DNA of 64,000 nucleotides, taken from assembly GCA_964016885.1 (NCBI GenBank), contig OZ024742.1, positions 124,682,001-124,746,000 on the forward strand. The letters run 5' to 3'. The notes under the pieces are model-generated. The model saw only the letters and a list, made by a program, of their open reading frames with translations, was not told the origin of the DNA and did no database searches. Below, piece after piece: positions 41,694 through 55,155 of the stretch. This stretch comes from Eledone cirrhosa (lineage: Eukaryota). The position numbers and the translations under genes were made by a program. Numbering within the stretch: position 1 is the stretch's first letter; the number at the start of each line of letters is the position of its first letter.

Positions 41694-44379
41694 TTCCTCA
41701 AATCAAGTGTTGAACATACAGGTGACTATCGGTCACCGTCATGGCAGAGCTTCATATCGGGCCGTTTGTTTTCAAACGAATTGAACATTATTATCAATGT
41801 TCGATATAACCTATACGTAAATATATGTGTGTATATATATATAAAATATATATATGTGTGTGTATGCGTGTGTTTGTGTCTCTGTGTGTGTGTGTGTAAT
41901 TGTGTACGTGTTCATACTTAGATTTATGTATCAGTTGTGCTAGGGCGAGAAATATAATTTTAATTTAAGTTATAGATATACATATAAAATATGTTCAACT
42001 ATAGAAGTTATCTTGATGAAACACATCGTAGTTGTGTTGCGTGAAATAACCACCTATGAAATTCCTCTCAATATATAACTATATTAGCGTAACTTTTGTT
42101 TCAAATATATATATATATATTTTTTTTAGGGGGGCTGGGCTTTTGGTTTACTTTATAACGTGTAATCCTATGAGCTTCTGTGAATAGCGTGTTGCATTTA
42201 GAAACATTTTCCGAGAGAATTGCTTTCAAAAAGCAATTGTTTAGAAATGTATTTCTAATGTAGAGATGGTGAGGGCGATAGAAAGAGAGAGAGGTAGTGA
42301 AAGGGATATACAAGAAAAACTAATTTGAAGTTTCCTCTAAATATTGTTTCATATTACTTACGCTGACATGAGAATTTAATTCAGACAAAAAGCTGACGAT
42401 AAGAAACGAATCTGAGAAAAATATACATGTCTGCTATTTTAGGCAAAGACAAATATATGATTTTCCATATTTACAAGAAAAGAAAAGAAAACTACTATGT
42501 ACAGCGTCAAATTTAACGTTAAAATGCTGCAGAACGAACATCGCTATTTGTGAAAAGATATATTCTATCTTATATATTTTTCTCTGTTTTGATGACAACA
42601 TGATTGTATTCTAAGTATTTTAGTTTCTAATGAAGAGTTATATATTGATTTATCACAACTTCAACCAACCTTTAATCTAAAGAAATAAAATAGCAGCTTA
42701 CAAGTTATGATAAACATTTAACTACATAATAACTTGGAATTAGTGTAATCTTCAAGAATCAACAAAACTGGGATTAATGTCTTGTACGAACTTCAACAAG
42801 TAGAATCAACAAATATGTTTGCCCAAAAAATCTGCATCGAATCTTAAATTTACTCAAACATTTATTCACAAACATTTTCTGTACATTGCAATCTCTATAT
42901 TTCAATGGCCTCTTGGGTTATCCTTCTTTATAAAAAAAAACAGTTGTATTTCTCGTATCTGTTGTTAGAAATATGTGAAGGGATTTATGTATGTTTGTTT
43001 ATCAAAAATAATTTCGAATTATTTCTATTGAAGCAAACGTATTGATGACGGCTTTATAACTAAATCGCGGCTGCCCTGGTCTAATTGTTTTTTTTTTTCT
43101 GATATACGGCTTATGCATATTTCAATCACAAAATCCAATGTAATGTTTAATCTTTAAGACGGAAGAGTATTCTTTGAAGAAGATTTAGCTATCGTTTCGA
43201 GCAATCATGTTGAGGTTTCCTTGCTGTCAGGTACACAAACGAAATCCTGATAATCACAAAAATAATAGTCAACATGATTGTAAGGATAGATAATATGATA
43301 TGTGGTATGGAAATCATAGCTTACTATTTATAACGAAAATGTTGTAACCTCACCAGTATTGTATCCAGTTAAAAGTAAAATAATTCTTTTTCTATTAATC
43401 AATTTTTCTTAGTGTAACATAATTGATATTTTATAAAGATAATTCAGAAAATATTTCATAGAAGCCTTTTAATATAATAAATTTGAGATGTTAAGAACTT
43501 TCTCACATAATATCTACAACATAAGCAAAAAAAAGAAAGAAAATCTATTGGTCAATGTAAAGTGGAATGGTTCAAATATTTGAAATGGGTGGGTCTTGTT
43601 ATGATATGTGAAAATATGTTTCTATTCACAGAGTAAGAACAAAAATGGATTTACTAAAGCATTTATTTTATTCAGAATACGACAATGACTAGGATTAAAA
43701 CATAATGTATTATTACATGAAATGTTGGAGCTTCGGGATCAATGAATGCCTATATTGTTGTGGTAGTTACTGTTATCTCAGAAAACACTCGCATTCAGCG
43801 CACATATCCACTTACAAGCCTGATGCTATCACACGTAGAATAAAATTAGTTCTATAACCTCCTCGTCATTAAAGACTAGTGAAACATATCTAGATACGAG
43901 GCTACGGCTAGTGGTGGCCTTTCTATACTGTGTATATATTTCAAGTCAGATCACATTCTGCTATTCTTTCTGTTGATATAACGCAATGTATATGCATATT
44001 ACCACTAGCATTTCCGCTGTCATTACCACTAATAACAAATTTAAGATCACCAGCATATATTACCCTCACAGACCAACCCGACCTGCAACTGCCAACCTGA
44101 CCTGTAACTGCCAACCCTGAAATTAGTATTTAACTAATTCGATTTCAACACTTTATCTTCAAAGTCTTACAGAATTTAACTCTCTCCTCTCTTAATCACT
44201 CTTGATCTCAACATATAACATTTCTGCATTCTTAATAAAAGAAATATACATATACAACTGCTGGCACTGGAACACATTAAACCTGCTACATTGAACAGGT
44301 AATTAAATATCATCAGACATATCCAGGTAAATAAACATAGTTGGGCAAATATTTGTAGCTGTAGAAGACAGCGAAACAA

Positions 44380-45480
44380 CATTGAATGCATAATTATAAT
44401 TAGAAACAGTACGCTCGGCAATTTCTACCCCCTAATTAAACACAGAAACGGTATAGAAAATCTTATCTATATAATCACCTGGTATCTTACTAAACTTCAG
44501 AAACTCCTACTCCACACCTTCCTCGTAGATGTGGAAAGCTGTATCGAAGCATTCAGGAGATTGAAAAAATCTCAGCCTCGGCACACTTAGACAAAAAAGA
44601 TACTATTTAAACCAGATACATTCTCCATCTACATCTTCCAGTCATCACCATAACTGACCGTATCATTGCTCTGATAAATTCAGTTTCTTCTGCCGAAGAG
44701 CGCAAGCATCTTCAAACTGCTTACCCTCATCATGAACAAGAGTTTCTTCCATTTTGGCGCCTTCATCTACTGGCAGCCTTTTGAGAATACTGATGAGGTC
44801 ACTTCTGTCAGGTCTACTGGCCATTATAACCATGGTCTTGCTGTTGTGTAGAGTATTTACATGCTGTCGCAGCAGCTCCTTCCTTAAGCATGCAAACTAC
44901 GCAATAATGCTAATTTCGATCTGTGATGAATCCGTCAAAACATGATACTTTCAATGACAGAGATGGGAACATAAACCTTGACGTTATTTACTCTGAACAA
45001 TGGCGGTGGATTGGCAGTATCGGTAAGGGTCGGACGCCATGCTTTGAAGCATAGAGTTACCTCCCTTTATGATCTGAGTTCAAATCCCGCCGAGGTTAAC
45101 TTTGCCTTTCATCCTTACGGGGTCGATAAAATAAAGTACCAGTAATGCACTGGAATAATTGCTGGCCTTGTGCCAAAAGTAGAAACAGTTATTTACTCTG
45201 AACAATAACAGAACACCTTCCTTTGTTCGATTTCTGACTAAATATCACAGAGAAGAGATCCATCCACACCAAATGTTACAGAAAGCATGCCGTCGTGCAC
45301 AATGATTCTGCCCTGCCTAATAGAGCTAAACTGACCTACTTGCGGAACAAGATCTCCCGGATATGTAAGAGATACAGTGACACTGATTGCAAATTCACCC
45401 CCAAATGTTCAAAAGAGTCATTGGTGAAAACGGGGACCCAGTATCTTTCATCAAACGCCAGGATTTTAAAAACTTGCTTA
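44380..45480 (+). mobile_element. Highly decayed PLE RT/EN remnant, interrupted by a SINE
   Basis: Collinear vestiges GNFYPLIK, VDVES, FGAF-like, DVIYS and IGENG; heavily mutated. Confidence 0.35.
45002..45187 (+). mobile_element. Full-length tRNA-derived SINE (Meta/MESC-type core) with 19-bp TSD
   Basis: A-box-like TGGCAGTATCGG; B-box GAGTTCAAATCCC; core GCCTTTCATCCTTACGGGGTCGATAAAAT; TSD GTTATTTACTCTGAACAAT at 44983-45001 and 45188-45206. Confidence 0.93.
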
Positions 45481-45489
45481 AATTAATTC

Positions 45490-46120
45490 TGCTAAAATAA
45501 CAATGAAAAAGTGTATTCGTTCAACAAGTATAATCCGGATTCCTAACCTTGTATTCGCATCATAGATTCTGGTGTACTAGAATCGAAGAATTTTCGCAGA
45601 CGTTATGATTTGCTACTAGCTGGTTGAATACTCTCATAACAAGATATTAGGAAAAGAGAAAATCAGCTGCAGAAAGTTTGTGCAATAAACTTGCTGAATG
45701 TTTTCCGGTGTTGTCACGGAGAAAATTCGGTATTTCTGACATACCATTGTTATACATAACCCATGAAATTTCTGGTGAATGTTTTCTATTTTCTACATTT
45801 TCTGCTGCGATGATTTTGCCAGGTGGCAGGAACCAGCAATGGATGATTCTATTTCTTGACTTACGAACTGCAAAGTTTAGACATAACATCAGAGTATGAA
45901 TGTATCTGAGAGGTCACTCCCGTGTAGCACTATTAGGAATAAAAATGTTTCTTTGCGCAACAGAAACGTAGGTCAGGCGTCGTAACGGTGCATCTTCAAA
46001 TTTTAGTTTAGCTCGACTGATATGTATTTGTGGTCCTTTTTTTCCTACTTTAGTGTGTCATGCAAATCGTGCAAATATTGAAATCTCTCTGCGCACTGCT
46101 TCAGCAACCTGTTGAGGTTT
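45490..46120 (-). mobile_element. Decayed Tc1/mariner transposase remnant
   Basis: MLCL...IIHCWFLPPGKIIAAE and FLRDNTGKHSA...KL resemble mariner IIHxELLPPGxTI and LHDNARPH; downstream FFDS..PE. No TIRs found. Confidence 0.55.
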
Positions 46121-47413
46121 TTCTTTGTTTTTTTTTTTTTCAGGATACAATAACATTCCTCAATTTAATCGTTTTCATTCGCAGAAGCGGGATATAAGTT
46201 TTTCTCATTATCAAAGCTTTGGTATCCCCATATATTTTCAAATTATTGATACATCTACAAAATATCTAGAACACATGTTGAGCTACACATTCGCGGATTG
46301 TTCCAAAATCAAACGTTTGGTTAGTATTGCAAACAATTTCCACTGATTTGAATTCATAGAAAACCGTTCCACTTTAATTTTTTCCATTTTTATTTGACAA
46401 CCTCAAATATACGAGAATAAACAGTGAAAGCAAAACCATTAGCATAAATCAATAGACCGAATGGAAAGCTGTAGTTTAACATGATATATTACGTAAATAT
46501 ACTTAAATGAAAATATATTTCAATACCAGTATCAGTGTTTAAAATATGCAGAATCGCAAATACCATTACAGGCGAGTTAATCGTTACCAACAATGTGTAG
46601 ATTTAGAGCTGAAAATAGAAATCAGTTTGGAAGATGGGAGTATTACAACTATTATATATATATATATATACATATATGTATGTGTGGATGTATATATATA
46701 TATATGGGTGGGTGTATGGGTAATGAACATACATACATACATACATACATACATACATACATACATACATACATACATACATACATACATACATACATAC
46801 ATACATACATACGTACATACTATTTATTTATGGTCATACTCGGAGTAAAGCGGCTCAAAATTAAACATATCTCCCGAATATAAGCGAGATCAAAATTGTG
46901 ACATAATCTTCAGGCACGTATACGAATGTATATGATATTATTTATTAGTATAGCGTATTAAACCTTTAGTTTGCGACAAACGTACTATGACAAAAGGAAG
47001 CAACTTCAGTATACAAATTTGATTTAGTGAAGTCGTGCACGTGTTAGTATTCGTGGGTTATAGCAGGTGTATGGTACGATCTAGAGGTTTGTAATATTAA
47101 TATTTCGTTAGGTACAGTATATAATATTTGATTGAGTAGTGTTGAAGTTGTATTATTATGTAAGTGTAGAAAAAGAAGAAAAGGTATTTAGAGAGTAAAT
47201 GATTGAAAATAAGACGGTTGAAAACTTAGCAAGACGGTGGCTCTTGAGGTGAAGGCATCCTCTAAAACTCATCTTTTTAGGTCAAATAATTATTATTTGG
47301 AAATAACAAACCGTGTAATAATTTAAGTTTCTTACTAAAACAGTCGGTCCACATGAATAGAATATCTTGACGGAATTGCGATTGAATATTTTTTGTATCA
47401 ATATTGTGGTGGG

Positions 47414-47509
<96 letters not shown>

Positions 47510-48409
47510 TCTATATAAACCACTCACTGTACCGGAGAAAGACGGAGTAGACGCGATGGAACAACTATTCCACTTCGCGGGCCTCGCCCTTGTGTGTTAT
47601 CTCCTAGAGAGGAAGAATCTCAGGTGGACATAGTACTTTATTATGTATGAATATACACCCTTCATTTATTCGTCTATCTTCACCGTCTCGCTTCATTAAA
47701 CTTTTAACAGATAAAGTATTAGGGAACAAATTAGGCCATTCTCTAATGATCATTGATGTAGAGGGCATACCTTGCTGTTCTCCACGGGATGCAACTGAGA
47801 TATGCCACCCAGCGATGTGTGTACTGATTACCCCTAGCTTTCTTTAATAGTCTTTAATTATTTAAGTCTTTCTGTTAAATTTGTTCTCTTTTTCTCTCTT
47901 TCTGTTTCTAATTTATCACCCTACTTTTTTTAAAAATCCATTATTGTATACTTCTGTTCACTAATAAATTGCTACTAGTAATTTCTAGGCAGGTCAACAG
48001 AATAATCTTCTGTGGTTTTCCTGGCCCCCATGCCACATTATATCAGTATATGTACATATATATGAATAGGCAGAACTAGCTTACTTCCCCTGCACTTTCA
48101 GGTGACCCTGAAAGTCAAGTTTAGTACAATGGCTACATTACACCAGATCACTTGAGTGGTAGCTGATCTTCTCCGCTGATGAAGCTGTATTAGCCAAATA
48201 GGTAATGCTTAATAGCACGGCATTTCCTTTTGACTGTCGCCAGCAGAGGGTGTAGCAGAAAGTAATGTATTAGTCCGGCCTCAGAATACGATATTTTCTA
48301 CCAACACGAAATCACTTTTTCTCACCGTTTAACGTGCTAGTGTGCTCTCTGATTTCCTGGTATCGAAATGATACTGACTTCATTAAATTAATGAAAAAGT
48401 GGCAATATG

Positions 48410-48630
48410 ATTGATGGTATATCGGTCCTACTCGATAGCTTCGGAGGCCCATCTGGCCGGTGCTTATCTCTGTTTCGAGGCGCTAAGTGACTGGGACATG
48501 GAAAAACACGCCGGTCTATCGCATTTTCATCTGAATATATTAGAACGATGGGAAATGAAATGTTTTGCTCAAGAATACAACACACAACCCAGATCGGAAA
48601 TCGAACCTACAAATTATGATCGTAAAATAA
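48410..48630 (-). mobile_element. Decayed second SINE family (V-domain-like)
   Basis: Minus strand B-box GGTTCGATTTCC, TTCTTGAGCAAAACA and TGCGATAGACCGGCGT. Confidence 0.45.
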
Positions 48631-49784
48631 ATCTACATAAAATGTAGATATATACCTTGAAACGGACGAGGTATACAAGAACATACGCCTTGTCCGTTCT
48701 ATTGTCGTTTCACTTTGGATTGCGTCGGGAACGTAGCCTTATTATATAAGAAGCTGTCTTATTATCTCATGGCACTGGGTAGACGGAATCGTGTGGCCAC
48801 TGTCGTCATTGAAATATGTAAAACAGCATTATCACTAAAGGACTTTAACATCTGAAACTACTTCCCATTTTCTTATGTTTTATATATACATAAGAGCATA
48901 AAAAAATCGTTATCACTCGCGACTGTTTGGACCAATTGCATTCCTCCATGAAATGGAAACGGTATAACCACCTATTCAATTGCATGGTGCGGTCGTTTGT
49001 GATTGTGCATTAAATTATAGCCCCGAGTTTTCTAAAATGTGAAAGTAAAATTGAGGAAGGGGAAACTGTTGACACCCATGTGATGGACTGTGTTTAAAGT
49101 TCAAAGCAATAACCTCCGATGAGAATTATATTAAGATTACACATGACTCAGGCTACATAGAATAGGCTGTTCCATTGATTCCTCAACTAGTATAATGGTC
49201 GTCGAATAAAGGAGATCTCTTTAATATTTACATATACAAATATTAAGTCTATTCCACCACAGCACCATCTGCAGAAACATCTAGCACTCAATTTCAGCAA
49301 TTAATTCAAAGCATATATTTTGTCTTAAGTTCAAATAGCCACTACGTCTTTTATTTAAGTATATACTGCAGTTACACATTATAGAACATAGTTTTCCTCG
49401 CATGATCATAAGAAGTTCTTCTTTTGTCGTGTTTTGTTTTTGTTTTTCAGTTTTGTTTTTTTGTTTTTTTCTTGTTTTTTTCTTTTTCAAGAAAACTTTT
49501 GAAGTTATATTAAAATGATAAGTCATCAATTTCAGGTAAAATATATCTACATAAAATGATATTTAATACATACACGACCCGTATATTATAGCTGTTCTTT
49601 ACATGCTAGAAGACAAATTTATGATATTTTTTTATAAACTATTGAGTTATTTTCTTTTGAAAATATTTTCGGCACTATACAGATAAAATTGGATAAAAAC
49701 TGCTTTGTCCATTTTTTTCATCGCCATGGTTAAACATACCAGATTTATTCAAATATTATCTAAAGTTATCAACTATTAGAGTGT

Positions 49785-49980
49785 TGACCGTATCGGTAGA
49801 GCATCTGATAATATGCTTTGTGGCATAGAGTTGCGTCCTTTTATGTTTTGAGTTCAAATTCCGCCTTTCATCTTACAAGGTCGATAAAATAACGTACGAG
49901 TAAGGTTTGCGGTCAATTTAACAGACATACCCCTCTCCACAAAAGATTGTTTGTCTTGTGCCTAAACCAGAAACCATGAT
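49785..49980 (+). mobile_element. Degenerate SINE copy
   Basis: GAGTTCAAATTCCGCC; GGTCGATAAAAT; CTTGTGCCTAAACCAGAAAC. Confidence 0.7.
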
Positions 49981-50289
49981 AGTAATCTGAATTATTGTGT
50001 TTATATTTTCCCATTTCTCTATCTGTTTCGTAAGCCAACTGCAATGTCTTCATGTATATATATATATTTTTTTTTTTTCATATTTTATGAGTTTGGCTAG
50101 AGTAACCGAAACAATGACCACGGCATTTGCAATAATTTTGAGAACCGAGAGGTCGGTGGGGTTATTGTTCTACTTGAATAGTCTCCGATGCAGGGCGATA
50201 ATTCCAGGAGAGCTGACATTGTTATATGGTAATTTTGTGTGTAGTGATTAGTCTCGCACGCCACGTGTAGTATGGGCACAATATGGATA

Positions 50290-51460
50290 AGGAAAGGCTG
50301 GGCTAGACATGAAACCTTGTAAATTACGAGGAAGAGATGCCATTGTATTATAAGTGGATAACCAGACTGAGGGGATATCGTGTCTATCGGCGTGAGTTTG
50401 GAGTTTTGGAATAAGTTAGTAATTTCATGCTAGAGAGAAATGCTATCTACCTGCCAGAGGCTGGATTATATTAGTGAGTAATTTCATGCGATTCAATCGA
50501 GTATCAATATTTGAATTGGTGAATTGTACACTTTTGCGGGTCTCACTTCTGTTTGTTAAGAGTTAGTAGGTGTTGGGTTTTGAAGCAGAGCTTATCTCTG
50601 AACAGAAGAGCCAGTATGTTTCATGCATATAATTTGATCAAAATAGATCCTCAGTGTCGGTGAGGGGCAGCATTTGTAACATTCTCGAAGCTTCTGGTCG
50701 CCTGCTGTTTAACTTCTTGCCATGTAATGCAATAACGAGTATTTATCTGTGTAATGATGGTGTTATTCTGTTGTTCGTGGAAGGAGTTTTGGCTTAGACC
50801 TATTCTAGGATGCATTTGAGGATTTATCCAGAGAACTAGTGCAGATTTCTCATTGAGAGTCTGGTTTGCATGTGAAATGCGCTTAGCTGTAGGAATGAAA
50901 GCGTAATGAAGAGTGGTACATATGCTTAACAATTTGGCATTACAGTGGCAGAAAGTAGATCGCTGATATGCGATGAATAAAATAGATAACAAATCCGAAC
51001 GGTGATGCACACCAGGGTGGAATAGAAAGGTGTGTCAGGAAGTGTTTCAAAAACACTCCATTAGGGGGCAGACTGACAGAAAGCCACGGATCCAAGAGAC
51101 GCGAGACTAAAAGAGACCATTGATTCCAGGTGTCTCGCTTATCGAGGGGTGATTATGCGTGCCAGACCCAGTTGTAGATTTAGCTATGTTTTCAACGACA
51201 TTTGTTCTCAACGAGAACCTACTGGTGAGTGATTTGTGAGTGCAGTTCCGAAATAAATCCAACATTATGGAGGCCGCATTTGTGATCAATATGGCAAAGA
51301 GAGTTTTGATATGGATATTAACCCTAATGTTAGTTTCCAGTTCTTCTGAAATGTTGGAAGTGAATGCGATGAGACAATTATTGTCATATCCAGATAGAGT
51401 GACCTTTTGGGGAATATTATTCATTGTAGCGTTCTGAAAGATCTAATCTACCAAGAGATA
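50290..51460 (-). mobile_element. Decayed APE-type LINE (CR1/Jockey/I-like) RT remnants
   Basis: WIRGFLS; HPGVHHRSDLLSILF (resembles SGVPQGSVLSP.LF); C-terminal NLQGF-like vestige. Confidence 0.4.
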
Positions 51461-52471
51461 TTGAGATAGATAGAGAGATAGAGAGATAGAGAGAGAGCGA
51501 GAGAGAGAGAGGGGTGTGTATTTAAGGGATAGCATCCATTTCTAGGATATATTGCACTAAATATGTAAAATGAAGTCCATGGGAATTTCAAACAAACTAC
51601 AGCCATCTACTTTATATGAAATTATGCAATGTACCAATTTCGGTTCTCAGACGGTGTGCATTTCTTCTAATTAATAATTGTCAATTTCTATTTGAAATTC
51701 AATTGTTTTACCCTGGTTTAGTTCGATATACGATTGATTGTATCCAACTGACAACTTAATTGTAATAGTATACGCTTATTATATTCAATGTTATATTCAT
51801 CAGGGATACATTCATGTAATTTTAACGATATTTATTATTTTGATATGTAGCATGGTCAAATATATGGTGTCTACGTTACAAGACAACGATGTTACCTCTA
51901 ACTTCTTGTTGAAACTGATGAAATTAGCAGTCGAATCTCTCTTAAATAATATCCTACCCAGCTGCAGGAGGTAAAGTAAATTGTACAGTGATGTAGCTAT
52001 AGGTATACTGGTCTTGTAAACACAGGATGCTCATAGCTAGAACGTTTTCAATCATGTCTATATTCCATGAGACTTCACCCGTAGCTAAACAATATATCTT
52101 ACCATTCAAAATGTAATTTATAGTTGGATACTTCAAATGCTAGGAAAACAATCAAATCTCACGCATTTCAGATTCAATATGTCTATTTTTATTAGGAATG
52201 GTCATATTCGATATTTCCGTACACCACTGAGCTATGGGATATTTGTAGTTCGAATGATTATATCATGGCTGGCGTGGGTCTTCCTAACAACTACAACATA
52301 TATTCTTAAACCTGTTACACGATTTAAATATTTCAAAGCAAATTTTAAGTATTTATCAGGGGAAGTTCCCTAATAAATAGCATCAATTATTCAGAATAGT
52401 GCTCTGAAAGTGGGTTCCATGGCCTGTAAATAAATGTGAATAAAAATATTTTTTCTAAATGATTAATTCCC

Positions 52472-52535
<64 letters not shown>

Positions 52536-54152
52536 AAAGTACATTTTGTTATGTAGAATATCTGAGGATGTACGTAAAATAGCAATTCCGCTAGTTTGAG
52601 AAATTCAGATGAGGGTTTCACGACAGGGACTACTCATTTTGGATACGATATAATCCATTATAAATATTGGAGACAGGCATTGCAATTCCGCTCCCTAAAA
52701 ATAAAATTACAACAATAATTATTACATATGTCAATTTGCCTCCAAATAAACAACTATTATATAACACAATATTTGAATATAATCAAACTTTCGTTCGGTC
52801 TTTGAAAATTTTATTTATAACTTGATATTACCATAGCCTTGAGGCAAAAGTATTTAATATACATGTATTTTTATATGAAGAATCATATGTGCCATATAGT
52901 ATTATAATTTGAAATGCAAACACCTATATAAATAACATATTGACATACATATACACATTTAAATAGAAACACGCACATACATTTCATAAAATATAACCTT
53001 ACAGCAAATAAAAATATCAGTATTATTAAACTTACACGAATATATCTCTATTTATAAATACTGATATATTTAATATGACAAATGAACAAATAGCATAATA
53101 TTTTTCTGAAATCATATGGTACAAAGACTATTAATTTAAAACATTATTTATTGACAATAACAAACTTCTTATTTATTAATATTGAATTATTCATTCATAT
53201 ATTATTCATTGATAGAAAGAGAATATTTAAATTTGTTAAGTTATAAACTATAAACTCATATAAAAACAATTATAATTTCTGCTTAAAGCAAGAAAAATTT
53301 ATATATGTTATTTAAAATGAATAACATTGTCTTCACGAAAATATTTATCTTCGTTCAAATGTTGATGTTACGGAATGAGAACAAGTAGCAGAAATGTTAC
53401 GTAGTAAATTCACCTGCTTGCATGTTCATGTTTATATGTGGTTCTCATTGCTGCTGTGTGGTTTCTGACCACAACGAGGAAATTTAGGAAAGTGACTTCA
53501 ACCAATCAATTGTAAGTGACGTTTGTCAAGCGGAGAATATGCGGATGACTAATGTGTTGTACATACAAATATACATACATAAAATGTTCAGGTGTGCGAA
53601 AGTGTGTTTGTGTGTGTGTGTGTCTGTCTGACGTTAGTCGATATATATTGTTTCGCAACACTTCTAGACATGTCAGAAATGATATTGGTCTCCGAGCATG
53701 AAATATATTGATTAACCTTGTGGACACGCGCAGTTACACACACATTCGCACACATACACAAGCACACATTGATGTGTTAAGCACATTTTAGGTTAGATCA
53801 GAACGTTTAGGACAATAAGGTACTGTTTTCATGGCGATAGATTTATCAATTATTTTAACATTGGGTTTCTTGAGGAATCAATTCAAGAATTGGATGCAGC
53901 CCTTGTTCCCATAGGAAGGGAAAGATGTAGCGAATATACGACAAAGTAAATGTCAAATCATCTTCTGCGCTAAGGATTGAAAGTTTTCAATATTGTTGCC
54001 GTGTTTATCCGTGCAAGGAAAATGCTGGATATCTCATAATTCAGTGCAGTGCTGCTCGCTCATAATAATTGTTTTTTCATATATCCATAAAAGTGACGAA
54101 TAATATACGGTTCTAATATCTTTAAATAAACTAGAATGGCTACCATGTGTTG

Positions 54153-54229
<77 letters not shown>

Positions 54230-54622
54230 TGTGGGTGTGTGTGTGTGTATGTGTGTGTGTGTGTGTGGTGTGTGTATGTGTGTGTGTGTGCGTATGTGTG
54301 TGTGTTTGTATGTGTGTGATCTGTATTTACCACTCACTGCTCAAGAATCAGTGCGCTCGTTGTCCCGGCCAAAAAAAGGAAGAATCATTTTGCTGTTATG
54401 ATGTGTATGTGTGAAACAAAGGGGGGGGGGGGGGGGATAAATGGTGAAAGAAGGCGAGTAAAAGAAGAAAACGGTATTTTGGACCTCAAGCTGTGGTATC
54501 TGTCCAAAATAAAAGGCTAATCATAGCTATGATAAAATTGAATAAATAAACATTGTCATCTCTGATCTAGACGAACCGAAAGCATATTTGTATTCATCGA
54601 AAAATGAGAAAACTCAATATCT

Positions 54623-55079
54623 AAATGCTGACAATGACGGCGATGGGTAAAAGTTCATCAGAGGACAGAGGTCAGTGGTCGGTAGAGAGACAACCCACGA
54701 CAGGCAGATGAAACATAGAAACGTCCATTCTCTCCCTCCTTTTTATCACACACACATCATAACAGTACAAATATTAGTTTTCTGTTGCACGATCCAGTAT
54801 TTTTAAAATGAAACACTCAATTCAATCGTTAGCAAGCTTTTTGCTGGTTTGAGTGCTGATGAGGGTGACGATATGTGTGTCAACTTGTCTTTTACACCAC
54901 CTTACTTTTTTCCATCTTCCAATCACCTCTATGCGACAACATATTTCTTCTTTTCTTCCTCTTCTCTCAATCGTTTCTACATTTCATCAGCCTATCACGG
55001 ATTGTCTATTTACCGACCACTATATACTGATCTCTATCATCTGAGGCATTTTTACCCATCGCTATCATTGACAGCATTT
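54623..55079. repeat. Diverged inverted repeat of about 100 bp (54623-54723 vs 54972-55079)
   Basis: AAATGCTG.CAATGA..GCGATGGGTAAAA...AGTGGTCGGTA...GATGAAA..TAGAAACG on opposite strands. Confidence 0.75.
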
Positions 55080-55155
55080 GGCTGTCTTAAAAGCTATACT
55101 ACAATTGTGTCTTCTTTTCTTTCTCTCTCTCTCTCTATATGTATATATATATATA

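Noticed and set aside
42000-44200. Repeat-poor AT-rich stretch as a possible regulatory or genic region
   Set aside because: No ORF, motif or structure that I can support from sequence alone.
44790-44815. CTGATGAG as a hammerhead core (also at 54857)
   Set aside because: No GAAA closing a stem II downstream.
48175-48215. CTGATGA-AGCT-gtatt-AGC-CAAA hammerhead-like motif
   Set aside because: GAAA is mutated and stems I and III are unsupported; too weak to call.
51900-52430. Possible host exon after TTTATTTACAG (minus strand)
   Set aside because: The frame closes after a few codons and no protein similarity is recognisable.
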